A stretch of DNA of 64,000 nt from Strigamia acuminata (Eukaryota). Below, piece by piece: positions 1 to 11,704 of the stretch (positions within the stretch are counted from its first letter, which is position 1; each line of letters starts with the position of its first letter). The notes beneath the pieces were generated by a model. It saw nothing but the letters and a program-made list of their open reading frames with translations, had not been told where the DNA came from and ran no database searches. The DNA lies in contig OX442314.1 in the NCBI GenBank assembly GCA_949358305.1, forward strand, positions 4,712,001-4,776,000. Direction: 5' to 3'. Made by a program: the position numbers and the translations under genes.

Positions 1-98
1 GTTCAGTTTGATCTCTGGATGACGGATTGATTTTCCAGTACTTTTGTCATCCGATCAGTCAAGACTATTATTATGTAGTGAGAATCGAAGTGAATAAA

Positions 99-1369
99 AT
101 GTCGGAAACAAATTTAGAAGCAAGCAGCGATCAACAGGCGAGCGACACGCAGTCGGTCACGGTGATTAAAGCGAGTCAAGTCGCCAAATATCTCAAGAAG
201 TGTGTCCCGGCGCTGCTCGAAGATGACGATTCGTTTTCGCCGGCCCTGGATATCGCTCTCAAGGACCAACAATCCGTGGAAAACATCCGCAAATTCATCA
301 CCGATCCGCAAATCAGAGCGATCATCATCGAAAGAACATCAACCGAGGGTAGATTAGTATATTTGTTTTGAAAAATTAATCCTAATCCTCTTGGTTTGGA
401 ATTTCCAGTCCGGTTGTGAATTCGCAACCTGACTGGAATCAGCACGACGCCATTTTTAGGGTTAAGTTTTAATCTCGTCGTTCATTTCGTTCTTTTTTTG
501 TTCGCAGACGAAGAAGCTGATCAGGAGATGGTTAGTTATATTATCTCGACGGATGTGCGATTTTCAAAGACAAAAATCAACAGGTAATTGAAATAAATTG
601 TGATTAAAATGGCGGATGTAATTAATTTTTTCTCTTGTTGCAGCGTCGTGCTCATCAAACGTGGCGCTGTGGTCGAGGCGGATAAATCGGTGGCTTCGCA
701 AGTGCGGGTTTTGAACTTGAGCGATGGGTCGCCTTACGAGACCCTTCACGCTTACATCAGCAATGCGGTTGGTCCGTATTTCAAGTCTTTCGTCAAGGAG
801 AGCGGCAAAGCCGAGCGGTGACTAATGAAACTAAATGAAATGAAATGAAATGAAAGAAACAAATTCTTAATTGATTTATTTGTTGCAGCCATGGCGACAA
901 GATGGCTCCGTGGGTGGAGAAAAAGATGGCGGAACTGGAGATGGGGTTGTTGCATTTGCAGCACAATATCGACAATTCCGGAAATCAGTTTGAGCGTCCA
1001 TCCTCAGATAATGAAGAAATGCAGGGACAAAAATGTGCGCCCAAAAGTGTTTGATTTCGGCGACAGGGTGGAGGATTCCACTTTTTTGAATGAATTGCAG
1101 AACGAAGTGATTCGTTGGGTCAAAGAAATACAAAAAGTAGTTTTTTTTTAAATGAATAAAGTTAAGTGACTTAAAATTAATTTAATTGAATTTGTTAGGT
1201 GACTAAATTGGACCGAGATCCGTGCAGGAAGTGAGCTTTTGGCTCAATTTGGAACGAGCGCTTTTGCGCATTCAAGAGAAGAGGGAGAGTTTGGAAGTGG
1301 CGCTTACCCTCGATATACTCAGACGTGGAAAACGGTTTCATGTGACAGTCAGTTTCGATAACGACACTG
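99..1369 (+). pseudogene. DYNC1H1: Cytoplasmic dynein 1 heavy chain, N-terminal (tail) fragment; 5 exons (99-348, 508-583, 644-817, 889-1137, 1199-1369), frameshifted and apparently truncated
   Basis: Spliced GT-AG exons translate to recognisable dynein HC N-terminal motifs: [139 protein letters not shown]. There is an extra A near 974 and a frameshifting deletion near 1222. No downstream dynein exons were recognised in the window. Confidence 0.88.
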
Positions 1370-1385
1370 GTATAATTATAATGAA

Positions 1386-1501
1386 CAATTTTTGGAATTT
1401 TTAAGCAATTTTTGGAATTTTTAAGCAATTTTTGGAATTTTTAAGCATTTTTTGGAATTTTTAAGCAATTTTTGGAATTTTTAAGCAATTTTTGGAATTT
1501 T
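1386..1501. repeat. 20-bp minisatellite (CAATTTTTGGAATTTTTAAG)n, about 5-6 copies
   Basis: Directly visible tandem repeat just after the last dynein exon. Confidence 0.95.
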
Positions 1502-2177
1502 GTTGCTGTTTTTCCTGCATTTTGATAACTTTATTTTCTTTTTTCCTCAGTTTTTATTGTTGTTGCATTTTTGATTATTCCTGTGAGTATTTCTAAGTTT
1601 TTCTGCATTGTATTATGTTTTTTCTGCATTTTTTTACATTTTACATATTTTGTAGCATTTTGAGACCAAAAAATGGATTTTCAGACAAAAAAAATGCATT
1701 TTGTTACAGAACATGTTTAAGAACCCCCCCTCCCCGTCTTAACAAGCCATAACAAAATTTAAACACCCCCCCCCACCTCCAGGCGTTTTGTAATTTATGG
1801 ACGGCCCCTAGACAATAAAAAAAATTTTCTTTAATTCAGTAATTTGATACGTCTTTGTGAACAGACCAAGCAAATTTGAAACTGTAAGTGCAAAGAGAAA
1901 AAGATAAAAATTGTGAGTTTAAACATTTAAGCAAGCCTGTCAGACAGTCCTACCCTACAGACAGAATAGACGAACCTAAAAGGGGCGAGAGAGAAGTCCG
2001 AGTGGTGAGAGGGATAATTCTAGAGTAACGCCTGGCGACAAAGAGTTCCTCAGCCAGGAGTGACTAATGCTATTTCTTGGTTTTTTGCATGTTCTTCGGT
2101 TTTTTCTTAACAAGGGGGGGCAGTGCTCCTTTGACCCCCCTTCCCTCTGCGAACCTCACCTTAACTGTTTTTTTTTA

Positions 2178-2480
2178 CGAAGTGGCTATGTTCATGTCCG
2201 ACGTGAACGTATTATTTTCATGACGCGCTGTGATTGGTTGAGAGATGCATTGAAATACATTGATGAAAATCCTCATTTCGTCGACTTTGCTAAAAACGGA
2301 TAAGGTTAGGTCTGGGGGGGTCAAGAAGGTCTTGTAAGAAAAAGAGAAGCTAAAACCTCGAGAACATCGAATTTGAGAAAACTTACGTCGAGGAAACGAA
2401 TCAACATCAATGTGTCTCGGCCAATCACAGCGTGTCATGAAAATAATACGTTCACGTCGGACATGAACGTAGCCACTGCC
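2178..2480. mobile_element. MITE (Mutator-like by TSD length), terminal inverted repeat (TIR) AGTGGCTAYGTTCAYGTCCGAC...; family copy 1
   Basis: About 55-bp inverted termini; TTTTTTTA on both flanks; same family at 9910, 27837 and 52324. Confidence 0.75.
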
Positions 2481-3689
2481 TTTTTTTAAATGTGATTGGA
2501 AATTTGGCACTTATTTACTCGCGGTATGGTTGGCATGCATTAGTCATTCCTGGTTTGTGTCTGTAATTTCATTGGTCAAAGCCTCCTGTCGCCAGGCGCT
2601 TTTTAATTCTAGTAGTTGAGTTCTAGTAGTTGACGCCAGGGACCTTCTCCCTGTTCAGAGTGTTCACCACTGTGATGCCCAGTAACCTGGTTCAGACCCA
2701 GTTGCAGCCTACATGAGTGTTCAAGTAAGTGTGATGAGAACAGACAAAGTAAGCAACCGCCCCGTACATGAGACATTTGAATGTTGTCTGTTGGCCTTGT
2801 GTGCAATGGGCCGGTTGGTATGTGGCATCTCCTTTAGGCAGTGTCAGCACATAGACGAGCTATAAGCAAACCCCTAGAGTAGATCCGTGCACCCCAAAGT
2901 GTGGTCCATGAGCAATGTTGGACTGGCCCGGCGGGCTACCGGGAATTTCCCGATGGCCTGTGTGACCCGGTGGCCCGTGGCAGGCCCACCGTAACCTGTC
3001 CCTGTGGCCCAACCATCCAGATTTCCCGGTACTAAATTCGTACCCAGTCCAGCCCTGTCCGTGAGTAAGAGGTTGCAGACCGGCCTCTTACTGTTGAAGC
3101 GCAAAAATTAAATAGGCTTAGTAGAGCAATGTTAGGTTTCAGGTCTGTGACACATTGTTACATCACGGACCAGACAGTCACATCACATTTTGATAATTGA
3201 GCTTGTAGTAGATCTCTGGCAGATCAAGTGAATCGGTCGGCGTCTCCTTTTAAAGAAATGGTTGGCGCTCGTTTATGTGCCAAGATTTGTCAGAAAATTG
3301 ATTATGAAAGGCACCGGCAATGAAATTCATGAATAAACGATCGTTGCAAGCATTCTAAATGCAAAACATTTTATTTTTATATTCTAAATATTGATTTGGA
3401 GCGTCCACAGATGTATGTTACTTTTTTCCCACACACAACTCAAGGATTTAATAATTTTAGAGGAAAAATTAGTGGCAGAAAAAAAGATCTCGAAAGCTGT
3501 GATGATAATTGGAGATAGTCGTGAGGCCTATGGCCTAAAGGACCACCAACAGTACATTGGTTATTATTAGGCAACTAGCATCACGGTGCACCATGAAGCC
3601 TGAAACTTGAAGTTACCAATCAGCTAAAATGATCACCGAGGTGCACCTGTTTGGAATTCATTTTATTCATTAAACTCATTCAGAAACTG

Positions 3690-4920
3690 CAACTCCAACT
3701 TCATAAAGTTAATTACCTAAGAAATTGAAAGTATACGGTATATCTGTTAAATTATTCATTCTTGGAACGAAACATAGAATTACAAACCAAATGTTTTGCA
3801 TTTAGATTAAACTCACTCAACAAACTCCAACGTCATAGATTAGATTTTCTTTGAAATTAGAAATTATATAGTATGTCTGGTGAATTATTCCATCTTGGAA
3901 CATGACATGGAATAACAAATGAAATGTTTTGCATTTAGATTAAACTTGTTCAAGAAACTGCAACTTCATCAAGTTGAGTTTCTTTGAAATTACAAATTAT
4001 ACAGTACATTCGGTGAATTATTCATTCTTGGAACATTGAATATGAAATGAATTATTTTGTATTTAGATTAAATTCATTCAACAAATGTTAGTGGCAGACA
4101 GACATAACATGGCATGAGAAATACCATGGTGATGCTGGACTGATCACACTTAGAAGAGAGTTTTGGTCGTTATTCACAAGATTGTCTGGGGTTAGTTCCC
4201 AGAAGTGTTTCCCTAGTCTGGGTTGCATCGCTGCAACCCAACCTAATATCAACCCCTGATTGTGTGGTTAAGATCTGATTTCTGCAGTGTCTCTGCACAG
4301 GCTTGCTGACAGCTTCAGGTTGGTACCTTCTCTGGATACACAAGTGCGGTCATGCATCCGTTCAAATTGCTGTTCCAGAAAGAACTGGTCAAAGAACGTC
4401 TCATTCACGAGACCTTGGCAGACCCTGCTTTTCATTGGCTGCCAGGCTACATCCGGGACTGGCATCGCCACCTGACAGGGGGCGCTGCCCAGGATAACAC
4501 CTTGTAATAAGTGTCAGTAACCGACAGTCACACAAACTCCTGCTTCATAGATTCGATTTTCTTTCAAATTAGAAATTATACGGTATATCTGGTAAATTAT
4601 TCATTTTTGGAACGTGACATTGAAATGAAATGTTTTGCATTTAGATCAAACTCATTCAAGCAACTCCAACTTCATAAAGTTGAGTTTCTTTGAAATTAGA
4701 AATTATATGTTACATCTGGTGAATTATTCAGTCTTGGAAAGTAACATAAATAACAGATGTAGAATTTTGCATTTAGATAAAACTTCACGCAAGAAACTTC
4801 AACGTCTAAAATTCATTTTCTTTGAAATTAGAAATTATACAGTACATCTGGTGAATTATTCACTGTTGAAGAGTAACATGAATAACAGATGAAAAATTTT
4901 GCATTTAGATTAAACTCATG
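3690..4920. repeat. ~120-bp tandem satellite array (…TTTGCATTTAGATTAAACTCA…TTTCTTTGAAATTAGAAATTAT…GGTGAATTATTC…), interrupted by a solo LTR
   Basis: Units recur at ~120-bp spacing; homologous arrays lie upstream of each channel gene copy. Confidence 0.85.
4086..4532 (-). mobile_element. Solo LTR (TG…CA, 4-bp TSD CAAA) inserted in the satellite; paralogous copies at 22129-22588, 34368-34845, 46612-47071, 58855-59332
   Basis: TGTTAG…GTCACA termini flanked by CAAA on both sides; TTTATT (minus-strand polyA signal) in the paralogous copies. Confidence 0.7.
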
Positions 4921-6756
4921 CGGTATCCGATCACTTCAGTGACCATCGTGAAGTCGTGAACTGGAGAAAACGGTAAGTCAAATTTTGAATTGAAGATACA
5001 GTGTACACTGTACGGATCGGACAGTGTTCATCCGGAAAGATTTGTGATCCAAACAGGTTTGCTGGACCCAACCTATAACCAGTAATGTTACATTACCCTC
5101 TCCTAGCCTGTTAATCTGGATAACTTTCTTAGACCGGTCCTACGTCCAAGCTTCACAGAGTACACTGTAGATATGAAAATGTAACAGGTTAATTCTTTAA
5201 ATTGTTTTTCTGTGATTCAGTAGTTTTGTGAGTTGGGTAGGTAGTCGAGCTGCCCGGTGCCTCAGTGTGTTCTCTTGGTCAAAATGCAATCAGTTTGCAA
5301 CAATTTGCAACAGTTGTGATTGCATTCCCAATGCATAAAGAATTTTATATTGTTACGTATACCATGGTTTTACCCTCCATTTTATTTTTTAACTCTTCAA
5401 GTGACTTATGGGCTACACTTCCTACTAAAATCACTTCTTGCTTAATTGTCAACAAAGACATAAGCTTACCTCTCATAGTTCTATAAGTGAGATTATAAAT
5501 AGTGTTGTTATTCCAAAGAGCTGGGATTTCTAACCGCCCAACTCAAATAATTGACGCAGCTTTTTAACTTCTTGTCTGCACATGAAGTAAAAACACGGTT
5601 CCTGATGCGTTTTTTCGCGGACTCAATGATACTTACCGTATATTAGAAAATATGTAGTCAGCCGGGGCCAAGTTGTTCTAATATATCTCACACAACAGCT
5701 GTAACGTTAGATTTTACTCATCTGCTGTCTCATTCTAAGCTTGAGGCATCATTTGCAGACCCAAGTTCAAGTAAGCCTTCTAAAGATGAGTAAAACATCT
5801 AAAATTAAGAAATTTTGATTTTGACCAACAACCAAAAATCAAACCACCAAAATAAAAACCAAATTAATTATTATTTTCATTCTTTTCAAGAAAATTTTGT
5901 TAAGCCATAAAAATTCATTTTAATAAGTTATTCTATGCCCAAAACAAAAATTTATGTATGAATGGGAAGAAAAATCAAACAGCATTTTGGCCAATTACTG
6001 TTAAAATTTAATTTCATTGTTAATTGACGTACTGTATAAACTTAAAGTTTCATAATTTTTCTTAAGAATTTGGAAATGAAAAACATTCAGACTATTGTGT
6101 CTTCCATTCAGACTAGCTCTTGTTTCCACCCAAAAATGTACAGTGATCGATTTTTAGCATTCTGCCCAGGTGATATCGATGCGTTGTTACAAATAACATG
6201 TGACGGTTATGGTCTCGCCCATGATAAACTGGGGACTGGATACCATTGGGTGGGACGCATACTCACGTAAATAACAGACAAAGACTCCAAATTGTTGAGT
6301 TGTTGGCCTTTCATCCTTTTATCTAGGGGTTGGATTCTCCCATCTACACCCGTGTTGGCAGGGCAACACCAGCAACCAACCCGTCACACACAGGGAAGGA
6401 CCCCATGGGTAACGTGGCCGGTTAGACATAACTATTCTGGCGTATTCACCCATGCAGCCCGTTTTGTTACCGTTGTCTGATAATAATTTCGTTTTGTTGT
6501 CAGCCAGCAAGATTACCTAGATTCGTTTTTGCGTTCGTTTTTGCGTTCACTTGTAAAAGTGAACTAGTTGGCGATCTTAGTTTGCGAACTAACAAACTTA
6601 GTTCCCGAACGCGAACTGATAGTTCGCGTTCGACACAACACTGGCGCCATGATAGTCGACAATGAAGAGTTGGTAAACTTGTACCCAAACTAGACTCCTT
6701 AATTTAAAATTTTAAATAGTTTAACGATGTAAAGATATTACCATATTATTGTTTAA

Positions 6757-7378
6757 CCTTCCCCACCCCAACCTAGGGTCAATTTTGACCCTAGAAAGTG
6801 TTTTTTATTTTTTTTTATATTAAAAAAAATGTTTTTCTTTCCGATTTTTTTTGTATTTTACTTTTTTATCATTTAAAACAATGAAAAAAATATAGGAATT
6901 AATAATTTAAAATTTTTTTTTTGGCTAATAACTTTGATTTTGGGCTAAAAACACAATTTTAAGGTCGAAAATATCATTTTTTGGTCCAAACTAATATTTA
7001 TTTTTACTAAAACCATTGTTATTTTCTAAAACAACCAATATTTTAACTAAAACCATCGATTTTTTGTTATGTCGCTAGGATGAACTGGTGCATGGCCCCC
7101 TGTACCGTACCGTCCGTGTGTTGCGATATTTCATGGTGTGGTATTGTTGCAGCTTAACCATTGTTACAAAGAAAATTTTGTTCTTATTGACTCTAATGTA
7201 ATCACTGGATCCAAAAACACCAAAATAACTGAAATTAGATGTCCAATAAACAGAAAAACAATCGAATCATTTGGACACCTACATGCGTCCATGTGCTGTG
7301 GCGACCATCTTGTTTGGGGTCAAAAATGACCCAGGTTGGGTGAGAAGGAATTTTTTTTTTAGGTTGGGGCTGCTAGGG
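6757..7378. mobile_element. Non-autonomous TTAA-inserting (piggyBac-like) element
   Basis: TTAA|CCTT…AGGG|TTAA; subterminal GGGTCAAWWWTGACCC motifs; empty site TTATTGTTTAATTTCCACAA seen at ~24981. Confidence 0.7.
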
Positions 7379-8155
7379 TTAATTTCCACAATTAAAAATT
7401 TTTCATTTTTATTTTTAACAAATATTACTAACTTGTTCCTGGCATTTTGTCAACTGTATTGAAGATACAGTCATATTTCTTTCAAAATATGATTGATGTT
7501 TGCTGTGTAATAAAAAACAGAAACATTTTCATGTCGTAAAAATTCTCAAGTATTAATATCAAAAACACCGGAAATATAATTCATTGGCTTTTTTAACGAC
7601 ATATAATCATCATCATAAAATGCACAAATGCACAAAGCATGACTGCTCTTGCTAGCTTCAGGACTTCACTTCTACTGTCTGACTTGAGATCCAGCAGTCT
7701 CTTCTCTCCCCATACCACTCAGCTCCCCCTTCTCCATCCTGGATCACACCACTCCACAAGAATGGATGACCTTGGGGCCATTGGGCAGTGTGTGGAATGA
7801 GGCAGGTCACCTTTGGGTGGCCAAGAGTCACAACTAATCTTGTGCATGTCTCCTAATGAGCCCGTTTATGTATATCGATTTGGTCTAACACTGCCAAATT
7901 GTTTGTGGTATAACAAATAAATTGCCAGAATTCGTCCATTTTTTTACCTTAAAATAGGATTAAGTTTTTCTTTTCAACTTTGTGACTTACCTTGATACTG
8001 GTTGGGTGTGATGCATTTTTTAACATTTGCGCAGACATCAATTTGATCAATGTCGCCGTATAGTTTTGTTTGGGCGTTGTGGTGATTTCGTTGATCGTTT
8101 TGTTACCGTTGTCTGAGAATAATTTCGTTTTGTTGTCGGCCAGCAAGATTATTTA

Positions 8156-8325
8156 CCGTACTGTCTCATTTAAACGCCCGGGCGTTTAATTTTTTTTTTG
8201 GGCCGACCCCCTCCCGGTAAAGTTGGTTCGGGGCGACGCACGGTGCAATAAACGCCGCCGAACCCCCGGCGTTTATTCGGGGCCGGCGTTTGAATGAACC
8301 CGGGCGTTTAAATGAGGCAGTACGG
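8156..8325. mobile_element. Small Tc1/mariner-type MITE (TIR CCGTACTGYCTCATTTAAACGCCCGGG, TA flanks)
   Basis: Near-perfect 27-bp TIRs flanked by TA. Confidence 0.75.
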
Positions 8326-8373
8326 TAGGTTCCTTTTTGCGTTCTTTTTGCGTTCACTTGTAAAAGTGAACTA

Positions 8374-9771
8374 CAGTGACTCAAAAAATTGTTCACATGT
8401 TTGTAGTAGTATCGTTAATTGGCAAAAAAAAAGAGTTAAAATGATTTCTCAGAAAGAAAATATTTTAAATTTTAACACAAATAGCTCATGATCTTTCAGA
8501 AAAAGTAAATAATTTTTAAAAATTTCAAAAAACAAAAAAGATATGACCGAAAAAGCATCGTTCTTTCATGTGAACAATTATTTTGCCATAGAACTTCCAT
8601 GGATTTTAATGTTGTGTATGACCTCCTTTTGCCTTGAGAACTTCAGAAATATGTTGGGGCATACTGTCAATTAACTTTAGACATGTGCCTTTACCTATTG
8701 TGTCCCAAACCTTTTCAATTCTCTTTTCAATTGTCATGTTGAAACACTACATTTTTCGTTTTAAGCTTGTAGTATTTTAATGGTCCCATCAAATCTTCTT
8801 TAAGAATAGTGCAATACAATTCTACATCAATACTATCAAGATTTCGTGTTCCATTAGCAATTATGCATCTCCAAATCATTAAGAAACTACCTCCATGTTT
8901 TACTGTTGGGATCATCTGGTGCAATTGTAGTGCTGACTTTTGTTTTTTCCAGCACCCTTTGCGCCCATCACTTCCTAAACAGTAAATCTTTGTTTCATCT
9001 GAGAAAATAACTCTTCTCCAATCGTATATTGTCCAGTCTTTGTACTTTTGGGCAAATTCCATTCTGAGGTGTTTATGACGAGCTGTTAATAAGTGCTTTT
9101 TAACATTGACTGATGACTTCAATCTATTTCTCTTTAGCACATTGAGTACAGTTTGAGCACTAACAACATTGTTATGATGTTTAGAAAGATCAATTTGCAT
9201 GTCTACAGCTGTATCTAGGCGAACTGATGTAACTGCTCTAACAATGTTTCGCTCCTGTGTGGCTGTTAAAATTTTTGGGCACCTGCTTTTGGTTTTTTTG
9301 CATCTAAAGCATATGTTTTGTGAATTTTAGACACACATCCAATGCTAACTCGGACTTCTGCAGCAATTTTTCGAACAGAAATCCCTTTTTCACCTAATGG
9401 TAGAACATTTTGTGGTTTTTCCAATGAGAGAGGGCACATGATGATTTCTAATGTTTAAAATACAGCTATGATACATAATGTTGCTATATAACCCCAATTT
9501 CGAATATACTTGCACAATAACAGTGATTCCAACACCAAAAATCAATCACATTGGAGCAGCAAAAAAATTGTTCACATGAAATAACGATGCTTTTTCGGTC
9601 ATATCTTTTTTGTTTTTTGAAAATTTTAAAAATTATTTACTTTTTCTGAAAGATCATGAGCTATTTGTGTTAAAATTTAAAATATTTTCTTTCTGAGAAA
9701 TCATTTTAACTCTTTTTTTTTGCCAATTAACGATACTACTACAAACATGTGAACAATTTTTTGAGTCACTG
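8374..9771 (-). mobile_element. Tc1/mariner DNA transposon, defective (internally deleted, frameshifted transposase)
   Basis: About 200-bp TIRs starting CAGTGACTCAAAAAATTGTTCACATG; TA TSD; empty site GTGAACTAGTTGGCG at ~6559 and ~27674. Minus-strand ORF 8727-9200 has WRRVIFSDETKI, TVKHGG, FQHDN*, and the third catalytic (SPDLNPIE-type) segment is missing. Confidence 0.93.
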
Positions 9772-9909
9772 TAGTTGGCGATCTTAGTTCCCGAACGCGA
9801 ACTGATAGTTCGCGTTCGATACAACACTGGCGCCATGATAGTCGACAATGAAGAGTTGGTAAACTTGTACCAAACTAGACTCCTTAATTTAAAATTTTAA
9901 ATAGTTTAA

Positions 9910-10183
9910 CGAAGTGGCTTTGCTCACGTCCGACACTGAATGTATTATTTTCAAGGCGTGCTGTGATTGGTTGAGAGATGCATTGACGAAAAACCCCGTT
10001 CTGTCTAGATTGTCAAAAAAAGATAAGGTTAGGTCTGCTAGGAAAAAAGAAGCTAACACGTCGAAATACATCGATTTGAGAAAACTTACATTGACGAAAC
10101 GAAGCGCCATCGTTAGCTCCCAACCAATCACAGCGCGCCTTGAAAATAAAACAGTCACGTCAGACGTGAACGTAGCCACTGCC
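9910..10183. mobile_element. MITE family copy 2, 9-bp TSD ATAGTTTAA (Mutator-like)
   Basis: ATAGTTTAA|CGAAGTGGC…GCCACTGCC|ATAGTTTAA; the homologous site near 11320 lacks it. Confidence 0.8.
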
Positions 10184-11704
10184 ATAGTTTAAATATACAA
10201 AGTTGTGACCGATTGCCAGTCACTTCAACACAATGCCCACAAGGAATAGTCCAACCCCGCCCCGCCTGGTTTAGTTGATGGTTAATGTAATCGCATGACA
10301 TACCGTAATATGATATGAGATCACGTGGTAGCATCCTGCAACCAGCAACTCCACCTGGCATGATGACATTGTATTAGTAAGGAAGGATCCGCATGGGTGA
10401 TGTGGCCAGTGACACATAACTATTCTGGCGTATTCACCCATGCGGCCCATGGAGGTTGTGATGGATCCGACATCTCACCACTGCGCATCACAGTAATGAA
10501 TAGCTAGAGAGCAGAGTCAGCACAAAGCACGACTGCTCTTGCTAGCTTCAGGACTTCACTTCTACTGTCTCGCTGGAGATGCAGCACTCTCCTCTCTCCC
10601 CACAACACTCAGCTAGCCCTTCCCCATTCAGGGTCATACCACTCCAAAAGGATGGATGACCTTGGGGCCATTGAGCTGTGTGTGGAGTGAGGCAGGTCAC
10701 CTTTGGGTGGCCAAACAGTCAAAACTAATCTTGTGCATGTCTCCTAATGAGCCTTTTTATGTATATCAATTTGGTCTAACACTGCCGAATTGTTTGTGGT
10801 ATAACGAATAAATTGCCAGAATTCGTCAATTTTTTTACCTTAACATAGGATTAAGTTTTTCCTTTCGACTTTGTGTCTTACCTTGATAGTGGTTGGGTGT
10901 GATGCATTCAATAACATTTTCGCAGATATTAATTTGATCAATTTCGCCTTATCCTTTTGTTTGAGCGTTGTGGTGGTTTCGTTGATCGTTTTGTTACCGT
11001 CGTCTGTGGATAATTTCATTTTGTTGTCGGCCAGCACTGAGTTGTCTTTAGTTGCGGTTGAAGCTAACATAATTTTGCGTTCGTAACAGTCCGCCTTTAT
11101 TTCTTGGGCTCTGTACTTTTGATTAATTTCACGTTCATCGAAATTAGTACGGAGTATATTATTATCTGTAATATTGTTTGCCCTATTCAAGGTAGCTTCG
11201 TTTTTATCGTTTCATTAGCAATTTCTAGCATGTGTTGTTCGTTATTTAATCCGTGCGCTATGGGGGTCGAGAACGAAGAGTTGGTAAACTTGTACTAAAC
11301 TAGACTCCTTAATTGAGAATTTAAAATATTTTATATATTCAAAGTTGTGACTGATTGTCAGTAACTTCAACACAATGCCCACAAGGAATAGTCTTACCCC
11401 ACCCCAACTGGTTTAGTTTATGGTTAATGTATTCACATGACATTTTATTGGTTGATGTCATAATATGATATGATATCACGTGGTAGCATCCTGCAACCAC
11501 GAACTCCTCCTGGCATGGTAAAATTGTATTAGTAAGTTAGGCCATATGGGTGTTTGTTGGTTTGGTTGACTTTTTTAAATGAAGAAAATGATACGACACA
11601 TGAAAGCAATTTGCACATGTCAGCTCACAATCAATCTAAGTAATCAATATTAATCTCAACAGCTTGGTACCACATTGATAACTGTATTGTACTTGAAAGA
11701 AACA

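Noticed and set aside
1850..3160. Possible LTR/PBS fragments (CGCCTGGCGACA at ~2029 and its inverse at ~2587)
   Set aside because: Could not define termini or a TSD with confidence.
3690..4920. Satellite as a repeat-protein (e.g. LRR) gene
   Set aside because: Frequent stops and indels in the frames examined; no long ORF or recognisable motif.
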